Source: Candidatus Poribacteria bacterium
Lineage (GTDB): Bacteria; Poribacteria; WGA-4E; JAJDTR01
Direction: 5' to 3'
Length of the DNA: 64,000 bases
Assembly (NCBI GenBank): GCA_965222225.1
Contig: CBDCTK010000002.1
Location: 4,218,126-4,282,125 of the forward strand
Both the position numbers and the translations under genes were made by a program. Each line of letters starts with the position of its first letter. Within the stretch, counting starts at the first letter, position 1. The notes beneath the pieces were generated by a model. The model was not told where the DNA came from. It did not search any database and saw nothing but the letters and a program-made list of their open reading frames with translations. Positions 51,201 through 62,350 of the stretch are shown here, in pieces.

Positions 51201-52790
51201 ATGGCGAAACTCAAGGACATCAATACCACCGATATTCGCGACGCAATTCGACTAGGCTGCCGCACGATGTCCAACGTGTTCAATGCGGATGACAATGATG
51301 TTCCGTTCTTCGGCGCTTACGTGCGTCCCCATCCACCGGCTCTTGTCTGGAGCGACTTGCACGAGGAGGCGCAGATTCCCGGCAGGCATCTCAACGCACT
51401 ACTGGCCGCAGAAAGCATCACCGGTGTGGAGATTGATGAGCAGGTTATTGAAAAGCACGCGCGAGCGGCATTCTTTGCCTATTCCGGTCCGATGCCATTG
51501 CCTCTGAACAGGGAAACAATGGACGGTGTGCCAATCAAGCTGTTTTCACACAACGTCCGCGAAGGCTTCCACGCGCTGCATGCCCTCGTGCGTTACCGTG
51601 ATTGCAATCGTGCTAGGGAACTTGCCGAAGGTAGCATCGCCATTATTCTGGAACGTTGGGATCCTGACGATGGCTGGGAAGGCGATTACCTTGAGGGAAA
51701 ATTCGGACTAAAGATTTGGGGAACGATTGGCTCAACCTATCGAGATGGGAACATACTTATCGGCTTAGGAAGATCTGTGGGGCCACTGGTGAAATACTAC
51801 CGCACAACAGGCTATGGTCCCTCGCTTGAGTTGGCATTGCGGCTGAAAGATAGAATGCTTCAAGATTGCTTCTGGGAAGAGGGATGCTACGATGCGGAAC
51901 GGTTCGGACACCATGCGCATTCGATTACATCGTCGATGACTTCGCTGGCGCAATTGGCAGATCTGTTGCAAGATCCGGCGCTAATGAACCGCGTGAAAAC
52001 GTTCTACGACAACGGCCTTTGGAGTTTTCGCGACCAGGTCGGCTGGGCAAGTGAGCACGCGGAAGGAGGCGATAGGCCCGACATGGGGGAGATGAACACC
52101 ACCGGCGACATCCTGGAAACCGCACTCATTCTAGGAAGCTGGGGTTTTACGCAATACTATGAAGATGCCGAGCGAATCCTTCGGTGTCATATCCTTCCAT
52201 CCCAACTCCGCGACATCTCTTTTTGTGAGGTTGGGGAAAATCCAAATAACGAAGACCGACTGCATGACGTTCCCAATCGACTATACGGCGCATTCGGCTT
52301 TCCAGCGCCATACGGCCACGCCTCACTAGGCGTCGACGGAATCTGCTTCAATCTGGACGTTGTAGGAGGCACTGTCGGATCGCTGTGCGCCGCCTATGAA
52401 TCAATCACGCGTTTTGCTGAAGCCGGACACCGGGTGAACCTGCTATTCGACCACGAAACTGATGCCATAAAGGTTGAATCTCCCTATACACACGAAGCAT
52501 TGTATGTTAGACTGAAGCGGAGTGGACCTCTATTTGTACGAATTCCGTCGTGGGTGAAAACAGGAGAGCTAGTCGTTACGGGAACAGACCAAACGCCAAT
52601 CCTCAACAATGGTTATGCTTTCTTCCCTCAACCGCCGGTGAATCGCCCTATTGGGATTCGCTTTCCGCTGTCGGAGCGTGAGATGATCCTAAAGCATACA
52701 GCCCGAGATATTCGCGTTCGACTCGGAGGAGACACGGTAGTCGCAATGGAAAATTTTGGGGCAGACCTTACGTTTTTCGATCCACTTTAA
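51201..52790 (+). CDS. Hypothetical protein, possibly an (alpha/alpha)6-type glycoside-hydrolase-like enzyme.
   Basis: Starts MAKLKDINTTD and is 529 aa, with no secure motif. Flanked on both sides by dispersed-repeat copies. Confidence 0.35.
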   Translation: MAKLKDINTTDIRDAIRLGCRTMSNVFNADDNDVPFFGAYVRPHPPALVWSDLHEEAQIPGRHLNALLAAESITGVEIDEQVIEKHARAAFFAYSGPMPLPLNRETMDGVPIKLFSHNVREGFHALHALVRYRDCNRARELAEGSIAIILERWDPDDGWEGDYLEGKFGLKIWGTIGSTYRDGNILIGLGRSVGPLVKYYRTTGYGPSLELALRLKDRMLQDCFWEEGCYDAERFGHHAHSITSSMTSLAQLADLLQDPALMNRVKTFYDNGLWSFRDQVGWASEHAEGGDRPDMGEMNTTGDILETALILGSWGFTQYYEDAERILRCHILPSQLRDISFCEVGENPNNEDRLHDVPNRLYGAFGFPAPYGHASLGVDGICFNLDVVGGTVGSLCAAYESITRFAEAGHRVNLLFDHETDAIKVESPYTHEALYVRLKRSGPLFVRIPSWVKTGELVVTGTDQTPILNNGYAFFPQPPVNRPIGIRFPLSEREMILKHTARDIRVRLGGDTVVAMENFGADLTFFDPL

Positions 52791-52950
52791 GCTCGACTTT
52801 GTACATTTGAGCGACACAACAAACGGTCTCAATCAAGCGTTGAAGAAAAGCAGGGACATTTTGATTATCTGGCCTAGATTATCTGGCCTATTTGATTGAC
52901 CATTGAAAAAGTCCGCCCCGAGCGGTTCTAATTCCTATACAATCTGTGAA

Positions 52951-53113
52951 ATCTCTATCGTCCTCGCTATTCGTTTGGTTGAACTCGCACTGGGACTTTG
53001 GTGTGGTGCGACTCGGTGTTGCTATACACCTGCCGCGCCTCCGGCGCTTTCAAAGGCTGGTGGGCAGTGCCCACCCTACAAATGTACAAAGTCGAGTTTA
53101 GAGCCTGTTTGAA
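52951..53113. repeat. Full copy of the dispersed repeat with terminal hairpin ggtgggcagtgcccacc followed by ctacaaatgtacaaagtcgag.
   Basis: Followed by a second-module copy at 53161-53220 with the perfect 10-bp stem ccatcttcga/tcgaagatgg. Confidence 0.65.
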
Positions 53114-53387
53114 TAATGGATGGCAGAATAATTCTGATTAGCTAAATAGCTGGGTTTCACTGGGAGCTCTATCGCGAGCAAAGGGGATTCCATCTTCGAA
53201 TTCATGATCGAAGATGGCTCCTACAGAAGACGCACAATAAATTGCGCTACTGCAAACCGAACTTGGTAGATCCTATCTGCATGATTCTTAGTTGCAATAA
53301 CTAAAATCCCAATTCCTTAGCGCCACCACAGCTTAACACACTCACATCGACTATCGAGACCACTAAAACAGTCACGGGGGTACACAT

Positions 53388-55895
53388 ATGAATGATTCCT
53401 CAAACATAGATGAATTAGCATCGTCAGCGACAGCCGATGAACTTGACAAAGCCCAAAAGTGGACACAGGCAAAATTTGGAGGAGTAGCAGAGACGAAACC
53501 GGATGAAGGCTACCTGACGGTGAATTTGACTGCGGGCAGGGTTCAAAGGAGCGAAGTCACTACTACCGGATACGGACTCTACGCGATTGCCAGCCGGCCG
53601 CTTCGAATCGCTGACCGTGACTATGGACGAGGTCTCCATTTTCCGTCCGAAGGGGAGGTAGTGGTTCATCTGCCTAAACCCGCAAAAACCTTTGAAGCGA
53701 CCCTGGGAGTGGACAGCAATCGGGTTACCGGTTTCTATTCCAACGCGGGTCGTGGCACTGTGATTGCCAAAGTCGATGTCAATGGAAATGAGGTTTTTCG
53801 CTCGGACGTGCTACACGAAGGAATAGAGGGGATTCCCGTTACTATCCAACTCAACGGGGCAACCGAGTTCGTTCTCGGCTTGATCGATGCTGGCAGAGGA
53901 ACAATCCAAAGAGTTAACTTCAACCAAGTGGATTGGGCGGAAGCACGAGTAAATCTGGATGACGGGGAGACCGTATGGTTGGATGATCTACCCACTGCCC
54001 CACTACGCGCATCCTATTCAACCGACGCCCCTTTTTCATTCCGCTATGCGGGTCAACCCTCCGGCGATTTTCTTGATGGTTGGAAACTTGAGCGTGACAA
54101 GAGAGCATTGGATGAAGACCGAACGGAACTTACAACCACATACACCGATCCGTCTACCGGTTTGCAGGTGCGATGCGTTGCCGAGATGTATTCGGCGTTT
54201 CCCGTCGTGGAGTGGACGCTATACTTCAAAAACACCGGCGAGCGGCCGACTCCAATTATTGAGGACATTCAAGCGATCGACACGCAATTAGAACGCGGTG
54301 GAGACGGCGAGTTTCGACTGCATCACGGCGACGGGAGTCCTCACTCCGGCTTGGCGCCGCAAACTCCCACGCAATACGCTCCGCGGGAAACCGAACTTAC
54401 TCCCAGAACAGAGAAACATCTTCTGGCAATGGAAGGATTACCGGCTGGCGGCGATCTTCCGTATTTTAATGTGGAATGTAACGGTGAGGGCGCCATAATT
54501 GCCATAGGTTGGCTTGGACAGTGGGCGGCACAATTCATCCGAGATAATGCATATGGCTTGCGAATACGTGCGGGACAGGAGTTAACCCACTTCAAATTGC
54601 TGCCCGGCGAAGAGGTGCGCACCCCTCTCATTGCGATGCTGTTTTGGGAAGGCGATTGGATTCGTTCACAGAATCTATGGCGCCGCTGGATGATTCGCCA
54701 CAACCTGCCTCGGCCGGGCGGAAAGCTGCCACCGCCGCAACTGGAAGCAAGCGGCTCAGCACAGTATATTGAAATGTCTCTGGCAACCGAAGAAAACCAA
54801 GTAGAGTTTGTTGATCGATACTTTGAAGAAAAGATTGGAATTGATTACTGGTGGATGGATGCCGGATGGCACATCTTCCGCGAATACTGGTTAAGCTTGG
54901 GAACATGGACACCGGATCCGGAGCGGTTTCCACGCGGTCTTCGTCCCGTCTCAGATCACGTTCGTTCCAAAGGCGCCAAAGTCATCCTCTGGTTCGTGCC
55001 TGAAAGAACGGACCCCGGCGAATGGCTCTACGAAAACCGTCCCGAATGGCTACTGGGAATCAACGGAGGCAGGAAACTGCTCAACTTTGGGGACCCCGAT
55101 GCTTGGGAGTGGGCGCTAAATCACTTCGACACTCTTATAGTTGAACAAGGAGTCGATCTCTTCCGAATGGATGGCGATTCCACACTCCCCTATTGGCGGG
55201 CAAACGACACGGAAGACCGCCAAGGAATCACTGAAATCCGTCATGTGGAGGGAGTTTTGGCATTTTGGGATGAATTACGGCGTCGCCACCCCGACATGCT
55301 GATGGATATCTGCGCCGGCGGCGGGGCTCGAAACGCGCTTGAAGCACTGCGCCGCGCCGTCCCGTTGTGGCGAAGCGACTATGCCTACGAAACAACAGGA
55401 ATGCAGAACCTGACTCGTGCCATGTCTCTGTGGATTCCCTTCTTCGGAACCGGGACGAATGCGTTTGAATCGTACACCTTCCGAAGCCAGATGGCGCCGG
55501 CTTTGTGCTGCATCTGGGATTTGCGCCGCAGGGATGTGGACTACACTTTCCAGCGCCGGATGGTGGCGGAATGGCGTCAAGTAGCGGGCAACTATTACGG
55601 AGACTACTATCCGCTCACTACTTACCGCACTGAGGACGATGTCTGGGCGGCTTGGCAGTTCGATCGGCCCGAATCCGGACAGGGGATGGTACAAGCATTC
55701 CGTCGTCAAGATAGCGACATCACACAGATGTGCTTCAAGTTGCGCGGGTTAGACGCCTCGGCACACTACACCGTTACGAATATGGACATTGATGGTACAA
55801 CGAAAATCTCAGGCAAGGATTTGACCGAAAACGGTCTATCAATTACAATTGAGGAACAGCCGGGCGCAGCCCTGATAGTCTACAAACGCTTATAG
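53388..55895 (+). CDS. Large glycoside hydrolase, alpha-galactosidase-like (GH36/GH27 clan), with an N-terminal carbohydrate-binding-like domain.
   Basis: IGIDYWWMDAGWH resembles the melibiase ...DDGWF block. Length 835 aa. Confidence 0.4.
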   Translation: MNDSSNIDELASSATADELDKAQKWTQAKFGGVAETKPDEGYLTVNLTAGRVQRSEVTTTGYGLYAIASRPLRIADRDYGRGLHFPSEGEVVVHLPKPAKTFEATLGVDSNRVTGFYSNAGRGTVIAKVDVNGNEVFRSDVLHEGIEGIPVTIQLNGATEFVLGLIDAGRGTIQRVNFNQVDWAEARVNLDDGETVWLDDLPTAPLRASYSTDAPFSFRYAGQPSGDFLDGWKLERDKRALDEDRTELTTTYTDPSTGLQVRCVAEMYSAFPVVEWTLYFKNTGERPTPIIEDIQAIDTQLERGGDGEFRLHHGDGSPHSGLAPQTPTQYAPRETELTPRTEKHLLAMEGLPAGGDLPYFNVECNGEGAIIAIGWLGQWAAQFIRDNAYGLRIRAGQELTHFKLLPGEEVRTPLIAMLFWEGDWIRSQNLWRRWMIRHNLPRPGGKLPPPQLEASGSAQYIEMSLATEENQVEFVDRYFEEKIGIDYWWMDAGWHIFREYWLSLGTWTPDPERFPRGLRPVSDHVRSKGAKVILWFVPERTDPGEWLYENRPEWLLGINGGRKLLNFGDPDAWEWALNHFDTLIVEQGVDLFRMDGDSTLPYWRANDTEDRQGITEIRHVEGVLAFWDELRRRHPDMLMDICAGGGARNALEALRRAVPLWRSDYAYETTGMQNLTRAMSLWIPFFGTGTNAFESYTFRSQMAPALCCIWDLRRRDVDYTFQRRMVAEWRQVAGNYYGDYYPLTTYRTEDDVWAAWQFDRPESGQGMVQAFRRQDSDITQMCFKLRGLDASAHYTVTNMDIDGTTKISGKDLTENGLSITIEEQPGAALIVYKRL

Positions 55896-56016
55896 GGAGA
55901 TTACTATTCACCACTAAAGACATATGGATGGAACGACATCCCCATCCTTCCGACCTTACATGTGACTTTAGAAGATAGGCATACCTATCGTAATTACTTC
56001 AGGAGGAGAAATAACC

Positions 56017-57243
56017 ATGCAGGTAAATCCGAAACAGTTGTGGGAGGACGGTTTCATCATTATTCCAGACTGCGTCCCCCCGAATCGCCTTGATGAGTTA
56101 CGCAACAGTTTCGAGGTTCTTGTTGAACGCCAGAAAGAGATATGGGCGCGGGAACGCAATCCCGACGACCCACCAGGCGGTCACTGGGAAACGGGTGCAC
56201 AGCCGAGGGTCAGCTTCAGTCCACTCATTGACGAGGAAACCGCCAATGCCGTTGAATTCTGTCTGCAAGAGAACACGCTAGGCGTTAGTTGTCAAGTGAT
56301 GCAAGCACCTGAAACAATCCTCAAGTACATTACAATGATGTGCAGCCCATTGCGGGATCATGGTCCTTCAGGGTGGCATCGTGATATCGAACCCTATCGC
56401 GACGGTCCGCTGAGCGGTTTACAAGCGGATATGGCGGCGAACGGTGTGGGTACTGTGCAATGGAACATTGCGCTCTACGATGACGATGTCCTTTGGATAG
56501 TCCCAGGCAGCCACCGACGCCGCAACACCGATGCCGAGAATCGTACACTGCTGGAAAGTTCGCGGGTGCCGCTCCCCAATAGCATCCCAGTGCAACTCAA
56601 GGCAGGCGAAGGTGTGGTCTATTCCAACGCGATTCTCCACTGGGGCAGCAACTACAGCACGAAATTGAGACGGACAATCCATCTCGCGTTCCGTGCGTAT
56701 GGGAGTGACCTGTTTTCATACCGGCCCTATCTCAACTGGACGATTGACTTCAGCAAACATCTGTCTCCGTGGGGACGAGGGATTGTTGAGCGGTTCGCCA
56801 GTCGTTTCACCGCTGAGTTTGACGTTATCGCGCAGACCTTCCGTGCGGTCATCGACAAAGACGAAACCGCCTTTCTCGAAGGCCTTGCAATGCTTCACCC
56901 CGGCGAAGAGCATCGGATGATCTGTGTCATGTTTCTAACTAAGCTGGCGTACAAAGTCCACTTGCTCAACCAGCCCGAGGTAGCGACGCTCCCCGATCCT
57001 GCACAGGCGGGACAGATTGGATGGCCATGGGAATGTGTCGATGTCCTTCAGAACATCGCTCGCCGCTTCACCATTGATGAAACTAATCTCCTGTGGCATC
57101 GCTTCGCCGATATGGACAATAGACTCAAGTCGGAAGAGGACCAATACGTTCCCGGCTTCCAGACCGGTCCCACGAAGTACCTGTTCTACGACATGCCTCC
57201 GAATTTTGAAGTCGAGGACTTCATCGCCACCTGGGATTCCTAG
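56017..57243 (+). CDS. PhyH-family dioxygenase.
   Basis: LWEDGFIIIPDCVPPNRLDEL N-terminus. GWHRDIEP (HxD) and LHWGSNY. Confidence 0.5.
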   Translation: MQVNPKQLWEDGFIIIPDCVPPNRLDELRNSFEVLVERQKEIWARERNPDDPPGGHWETGAQPRVSFSPLIDEETANAVEFCLQENTLGVSCQVMQAPETILKYITMMCSPLRDHGPSGWHRDIEPYRDGPLSGLQADMAANGVGTVQWNIALYDDDVLWIVPGSHRRRNTDAENRTLLESSRVPLPNSIPVQLKAGEGVVYSNAILHWGSNYSTKLRRTIHLAFRAYGSDLFSYRPYLNWTIDFSKHLSPWGRGIVERFASRFTAEFDVIAQTFRAVIDKDETAFLEGLAMLHPGEEHRMICVMFLTKLAYKVHLLNQPEVATLPDPAQAGQIGWPWECVDVLQNIARRFTIDETNLLWHRFADMDNRLKSEEDQYVPGFQTGPTKYLFYDMPPNFEVEDFIATWDS

Positions 57244-57521
57244 AAGCGTGTAGTAGGAGCGAGCTCTGCTCGCGATTATTGAGGCAAAAACGCTTCTCCT
57301 ACCGTGGCCACGACATCCTAGGGGGTCGGATGACCTTCACCCTCAAAAAAGAACAACAATGTGCCCGCGCTTACCAGCCACTGATCACTAGCCAACTAGT
57401 CACCGCTTTTCTGTTGATCAATCGTCCGATAACTGCTAGAATACTCTATACTTCGCTCCTCAAGTATCGTCGAAAGTTAACCGCGACACCGAAGCCTTAA
57501 CTTAAGGAAGGAGAGGTTAAA

Positions 57522-58499
57522 ATGGCTTTAACACAAGCGCAACTCAATAAGTTTCACGAAGATGGCTTTCTCATAGTGGAAGACGTTTTCGACAAGAAGG
57601 ATGTGGAAGCCGCTAGAATCGAAATGGAAAAGATCTTCTACGGCACGAGTTTCGAGGATTACCTTGCGAAGTTTGACTCCACCGGCGAAGCGGAATCCGC
57701 CGACCCCACCCATACGGGGGCAGTTGCCCACTACGGCGAAACAAAACACGGGCGCCCCCAATTCCCGACAGGCATTGACGCACTCGATCGCCTCATTGAG
57801 AACGATGACTATCTTGACATGTATGAGCAATGCCTCGGAACATCGGACATAAGTTACTGCAACGGCCACCTGTTTCTGCGCACAGGCCCCACCGACGAGC
57901 GACACGCCGAACACCCGTGGCAAGGATATCACATTGACCATTCAACAAACTGCTTTCTGCCGCCTAGCCAGGAGGTGGATTTATATAACTATGTTAACTC
58001 CGGCGTTTATCTCCACGATGTTGAAGACGATGGCGCCCCGATGCAAATCATCCCCGGCACCCATCGCCAGATTATTGATCTGCTGCCCCGGCTTATTGAA
58101 GAGGATAACTGGACCGGGCACGGAGGAATTAAAGATATCCGGGAAATCCCCGAATTTCCCCCACCCGTAGCCACCACTGCCAAGGCAGGCAGCGTCCGAT
58201 TCAATAGTTCCTACGGTGTTCACGCGGCGATCCCCTTCAAAAACAAGCGTAGACAGCGAGGATATTGGACACTCTCACTCTGCCGCGGAGATAGCAGCCA
58301 GTTCACGAAATTGTCGAACCTATGGAGGGAACGGGAGTTTTCCGTTCCATTCTGGCAGACAACCACATCGCGCGTGCGGTCACTTTTCGGTTGGCCCAAG
58401 CCGGGACACCCCTACTACACGCCCGAGACCGTTGAATTCCTCGCACACTGGTATCCGGAGATGGACCTAACGCCGTATAAAGAAGCAATGGAGGGGTGA
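57522..58499 (+). CDS. PhyH-family dioxygenase.
   Basis: FHEDGFLIVEDVFDKKDVEAARIEMEKIF. GYHIDHS (HxD) and YGVHAA. Confidence 0.5.
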   Translation: MALTQAQLNKFHEDGFLIVEDVFDKKDVEAARIEMEKIFYGTSFEDYLAKFDSTGEAESADPTHTGAVAHYGETKHGRPQFPTGIDALDRLIENDDYLDMYEQCLGTSDISYCNGHLFLRTGPTDERHAEHPWQGYHIDHSTNCFLPPSQEVDLYNYVNSGVYLHDVEDDGAPMQIIPGTHRQIIDLLPRLIEEDNWTGHGGIKDIREIPEFPPPVATTAKAGSVRFNSSYGVHAAIPFKNKRRQRGYWTLSLCRGDSSQFTKLSNLWREREFSVPFWQTTTSRVRSLFGWPKPGHPYYTPETVEFLAHWYPEMDLTPYKEAMEG

Positions 58500-59392
58500 T
58501 GCCCCGAATTGATGCTCATCTTCACGTTTTCACCAAGGCGTCCACAGAGTTTCCGAGGGAAACCAATGAACTCTGGCCCGCTGAGCGGGAAGAATCCGTG
58601 GAAAAATTGCTAGTTGAGATGGAAACGCATCAGATTGACCAAGCGGTGTTGGTGCAACACCCTGGCGTGCAGATTGTGCGTCACGCCTATCTTTTGCACT
58701 GCCTCAGAACCTACCCGGACCGTTTTTTGGGCATTGGACTTATATCTCCCGATCTTCCCGACGTTGAAACCCACATGGACACCTTGACAGATGGGACCGG
58801 GATTATCGGTTTTCGTCTTTCGACAATCGGCGGTCCTCGGGATCCCTTTGAAAAGATAAGTGTGAAGCAGCTCCGCGCCTATCGCATTTGGAAACACGCC
58901 GCAGAGAAAGATTATGTGCTCTGGCTGATTCTCCAAGCGCGCGATGCACATCTACTGCCTTATCTGCTTACCGAATTCCCCCAGGTCAGAATTGTCATTA
59001 ACCACCTTGGTATATGTCCAGGTAAAGGCAAGCTCTCATGGGGTACAAATTGCTGGCCGCGAATAGAAACACCGATGTACAATCCGGCGTTCCACACGAC
59101 CTGGCGTCTCGCACAATTCGAGAACGTCGCAATGTTGCTGTGTCTTCAGTACGCATTCAGCAACGAGCCGTTCCCATATCGAGATCTTACGAACTGGCAT
59201 CGCAGCCTCTTACGCATCTACGGATCCAAACGTCTCATGTGGGCGACCGATTTCCCGTGGATTCTTGAAGACCCGGGCTACGGCAAACTAACAACTATCA
59301 TCAAAGAATTAATGCCCGATTTAACAGAGGATGAATACCGCGACATCATGGGCGGAACGGCAAAACGGTTCCTGCGCTTTCCCGACCAATGA
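58496..59392 (+). CDS. Amidohydrolase-2 (TIM-barrel metal-dependent hydrolase) family protein.
   Basis: MPRIDAHLHVF N-terminal metal-ligand motif, INHLGICPG, and WATDFPW. Overlaps the upstream stop (ATGA). Confidence 0.55.
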   Translation: MMPRIDAHLHVFTKASTEFPRETNELWPAEREESVEKLLVEMETHQIDQAVLVQHPGVQIVRHAYLLHCLRTYPDRFLGIGLISPDLPDVETHMDTLTDGTGIIGFRLSTIGGPRDPFEKISVKQLRAYRIWKHAAEKDYVLWLILQARDAHLLPYLLTEFPQVRIVINHLGICPGKGKLSWGTNCWPRIETPMYNPAFHTTWRLAQFENVAMLLCLQYAFSNEPFPYRDLTNWHRSLLRIYGSKRLMWATDFPWILEDPGYGKLTTIIKELMPDLTEDEYRDIMGGTAKRFLRFPDQ

Positions 59393-59533
59393 CTCGTTTT
59401 ACACGGAGCGCACTGCCCTTTCTTCCTAACAGGTAAGATTAGGAACTTGTAGCACGGGTTTTAGAATCCACGTTTATTCGCCTCGATCTACTCCCTTTTT
59501 TGAATCGCGCATCACCTGCTAAGAGGAAAAAAG

Positions 59534-60286
59534 ATGGACATTGAAGCGTTAAAAACAGAACTGGACGAGTACGGTTTCGTAGTTCTTCCCGACCTGATTC
59601 CGGCACCGGATGCCCGACACATGGCAAAGCGGCTGATGGAAATCATGGATCAGATTCCCGATTCCCACGATTTCAGCGGCGCCAATGAAACGAGTCAACA
59701 CCTGCGGGGTGTTTTCAACTTTCTGCACCCTAGCGAGTTCGATCTTTTTGAGCAGATAGTTATAAATCCCGTTCTCCTTGAATTGGCGGACTACAAACTT
59801 GGCGATGGCTTTCAACTCAACACGGTCGCAGCACTCTGGCGCAAACCCGGTGCGACAATCGGCAAACTCCACGCCGATTTGCCGATGTTGACGAGGCGTG
59901 AGACTCCGTTCCCCACCCCCAAGGTGTGCTTTCTGCTCAACTGTCTATGGATGTTGGACGATTTCACTAAGGAAAACGGTGCCACGCGCGTGATGCCTTT
60001 CAGCCATCACGCCGGAATCGCCCCTAGAGCCGAAGTAGACTACCGGCATTTGGTGCCAATCGAAGGACGCGCCGGATCGGTTGTCGTGCTCAATGGTCCG
60101 GTTTGGCATGCCGCTTGGTCAAACACGACGAAAGATGACCAACGTATTGGCGCCCCCGTTCCCTATCATGCACGGTGGATGGATCCCACCGATCCGGCTC
60201 TGGGATGGTGCCTCCATAAACGCAGCGTCCGGGACAAATTCTCGCCCATGATGCAAGAGCTAACGCAACACGTAGAAGACGACTGA
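59534..60286 (+). CDS. PhyH-family dioxygenase.
   Basis: LDEYGFVVLPDLIPAPDARHMAKRLMEIMD, KLHADLP and VWHAAWSNT. Confidence 0.5.
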   Translation: MDIEALKTELDEYGFVVLPDLIPAPDARHMAKRLMEIMDQIPDSHDFSGANETSQHLRGVFNFLHPSEFDLFEQIVINPVLLELADYKLGDGFQLNTVAALWRKPGATIGKLHADLPMLTRRETPFPTPKVCFLLNCLWMLDDFTKENGATRVMPFSHHAGIAPRAEVDYRHLVPIEGRAGSVVVLNGPVWHAAWSNTTKDDQRIGAPVPYHARWMDPTDPALGWCLHKRSVRDKFSPMMQELTQHVEDD

Positions 60287-60531
60287 TTAGCCGTGTAGGG
60301 TGGGCACTCCGTATCAGCCTTTAACCATCCTCGGGTTTTGCACTTCGGTTTGTAGTAGCGCAATTCATTGCGCGTTTTTTGGAGAAGTTAGTTCTGTTCG
60401 CGAACCAACAACGTTACTCGCGATAGAAGGACGCGATCGGTGTCGAACTACGAAAATCCTACTGTATTTATTCGTGTTAATCGGTGCCCTTCTGACTTCT
60501 CGTTCCCCTCAACTCAAGGAGGAAACAAACA

Positions 60532-61347
60532 ATGGCACTCACACCCCAACAATGCGAATTCTTCGATTCATTCGGATATCTCGTGCTGCCCGGCTTACTG
60601 GCGGACGATGTCGATTGGATGGTTGAAGAACATCGCAAGGTTTTTGAACAGAACGGCATCGTCCATGATGGCACGAAACGCTCTTTCATCGTGCCGTTCA
60701 TAGATCAAACCGAGAAGCTATGTACCTTACTCGACCATCCCAAGGTGCTTGAGGTGCTCGGATCTCTGTTAGGCGATGATTTCAATTACGTCGGCAGCGA
60801 TGGCAGCTACTACAGTGGCAGCACAAATTGGCACGATGACGGCGGACATCGGCCCGGCGGGCTCACCTTCGCGAAATTCCATATCTATCTTGACACGCTG
60901 ACACGCGATACGGGCTGTATCCGCGTCATCCCCGGCAGTCACCTATCAGGCGGATGGAGAGACCAACTCAGGAAGAACATCTGGCTGCAACCGTTCAGCG
61001 AAACTATAGGTGTCCTGGGGAGCGATATTCCTTGTGTCGCAATTGGAAACCAGCCTGGGGACGTCGCTGTGTTAAATCACACCACCTATCACGCAACCTT
61101 CGGGGGCGGACCGGCACGTCGTCACTTTGACCTCAATCTGTCAAGTCGCGCAAAAACGGAAGAAGAACTCGCAGACCTTGAGAAGTTCATCCTACCGAAA
61201 GAACGAACAAAAGAGAAACCCAGCAAATACGCGCCGGGGGTACAAGACATTATGCTCGGCACGGCTACTCCCGAGCGCATGCGCCACCTTGAGCAAGTCA
61301 TTGAGCGCGAAAACCTCGATCGTGCGGCATGGGAAGCTACACAATAG
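60532..61347 (+). CDS. PhyH-like Fe(II)/2OG oxygenase, tandem paralog 1 of 4.
   Basis: MALTPQQCEFFDSFGYLVLPGLL...NWHDDGGH...NHTTYHATFGG. Follows AAGGAGG. Confidence 0.6.
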   Translation: MALTPQQCEFFDSFGYLVLPGLLADDVDWMVEEHRKVFEQNGIVHDGTKRSFIVPFIDQTEKLCTLLDHPKVLEVLGSLLGDDFNYVGSDGSYYSGSTNWHDDGGHRPGGLTFAKFHIYLDTLTRDTGCIRVIPGSHLSGGWRDQLRKNIWLQPFSETIGVLGSDIPCVAIGNQPGDVAVLNHTTYHATFGGGPARRHFDLNLSSRAKTEEELADLEKFILPKERTKEKPSKYAPGVQDIMLGTATPERMRHLEQVIERENLDRAAWEATQ

Positions 61348-61435
61348 TTATTGGTTTAAGGCGGAATCGGCAAGCAGCAAATCGCCGCTGGAGCGAAAGG
61401 CTGTTCAATTTTCGAAATGAGGTACATAGCCTAAA

Positions 61436-62227
61436 ATGACGCTTACCCCCCAACAATGCACTTTCTTCGAATCATTTGGCTATCTAATTCTGCCGGGTTT
61501 ATTGACGGATGACATTGATTGGATTATCCGGGAGCATCAAAAAGTCTTTGAGCAGGAGGGAGTCGTTCATGATGGCACAAAGCGCTCCTTTATTGTCCCT
61601 TTCATTGACGAAAGCAAGCATCTGTGTACTCTCCTCGATCATCCCAATGTCGTCGGGGTGCTCAGCTCGTTGTTGGGCGACTTCAACTACGTAGGGGGTG
61701 GCGGCAACTACTACAGCGGCGACACGAATTGGCACGACGACGGAGGACATCGCATCGGAGGTCTGGTTTTCGTCAAGTTTCATATATATCTCGATCCACT
61801 GACGCGCGAAACAGGTTGTATCCGAGTGATCCCAGGCAGCCATCTAGATGGCAAATGGAGGGACCAGCTACATAAAATCCGCCTTCAGGCGTTCAGCGAG
61901 GATTTGGGGATTCGAGGAGACGATGTCCCGTGTGTTACCGCTGAAACCGAACCCGGCGATGTCGTCGTCTTGAATCACACAACGTATCACGCTTCCTTCG
62001 GCGGCGGGCCGGCACGTCGTCATCTTGACCTCAACGCCTCCAGTCGAGCGAGAACCGATGCCGAGTTCAAAGATCTCGACAAATTCATCAAGATTATAGA
62101 AGGCTTCAAACGGCAAAAGGAGCCAACGGGAGCAGAAGACATGATTCTCGGGACCGCCTCTCCCGAACGAATGCGCCACCTTGAACAGGTAATAGAACGC
62201 GAAAACTATCTTCACAACGCTCCGTGA
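61436..62227 (+). CDS. PhyH-like oxygenase, tandem paralog 2.
   Basis: MTLTPQQCTFFESFGYLILPGLL...NWHDDGGH...NHTTYHASFGG. About 75-80% identical to paralog 1. Confidence 0.6.
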   Translation: MTLTPQQCTFFESFGYLILPGLLTDDIDWIIREHQKVFEQEGVVHDGTKRSFIVPFIDESKHLCTLLDHPNVVGVLSSLLGDFNYVGGGGNYYSGDTNWHDDGGHRIGGLVFVKFHIYLDPLTRETGCIRVIPGSHLDGKWRDQLHKIRLQAFSEDLGIRGDDVPCVTAETEPGDVVVLNHTTYHASFGGGPARRHLDLNASSRARTDAEFKDLDKFIKIIEGFKRQKEPTGAEDMILGTASPERMRHLEQVIERENYLHNAP

Positions 62228-62350
62228 TTGTAGGGTGGGCACTGTCCACCAGTCGTTGAACTTGCATGTGAGATGTTTTGCGCATTACGCAATGCTTCAT
62301 CGCCATTCCCGTTACGCTTTGATATTCAACACAAAGGATGCAACCCTAAA

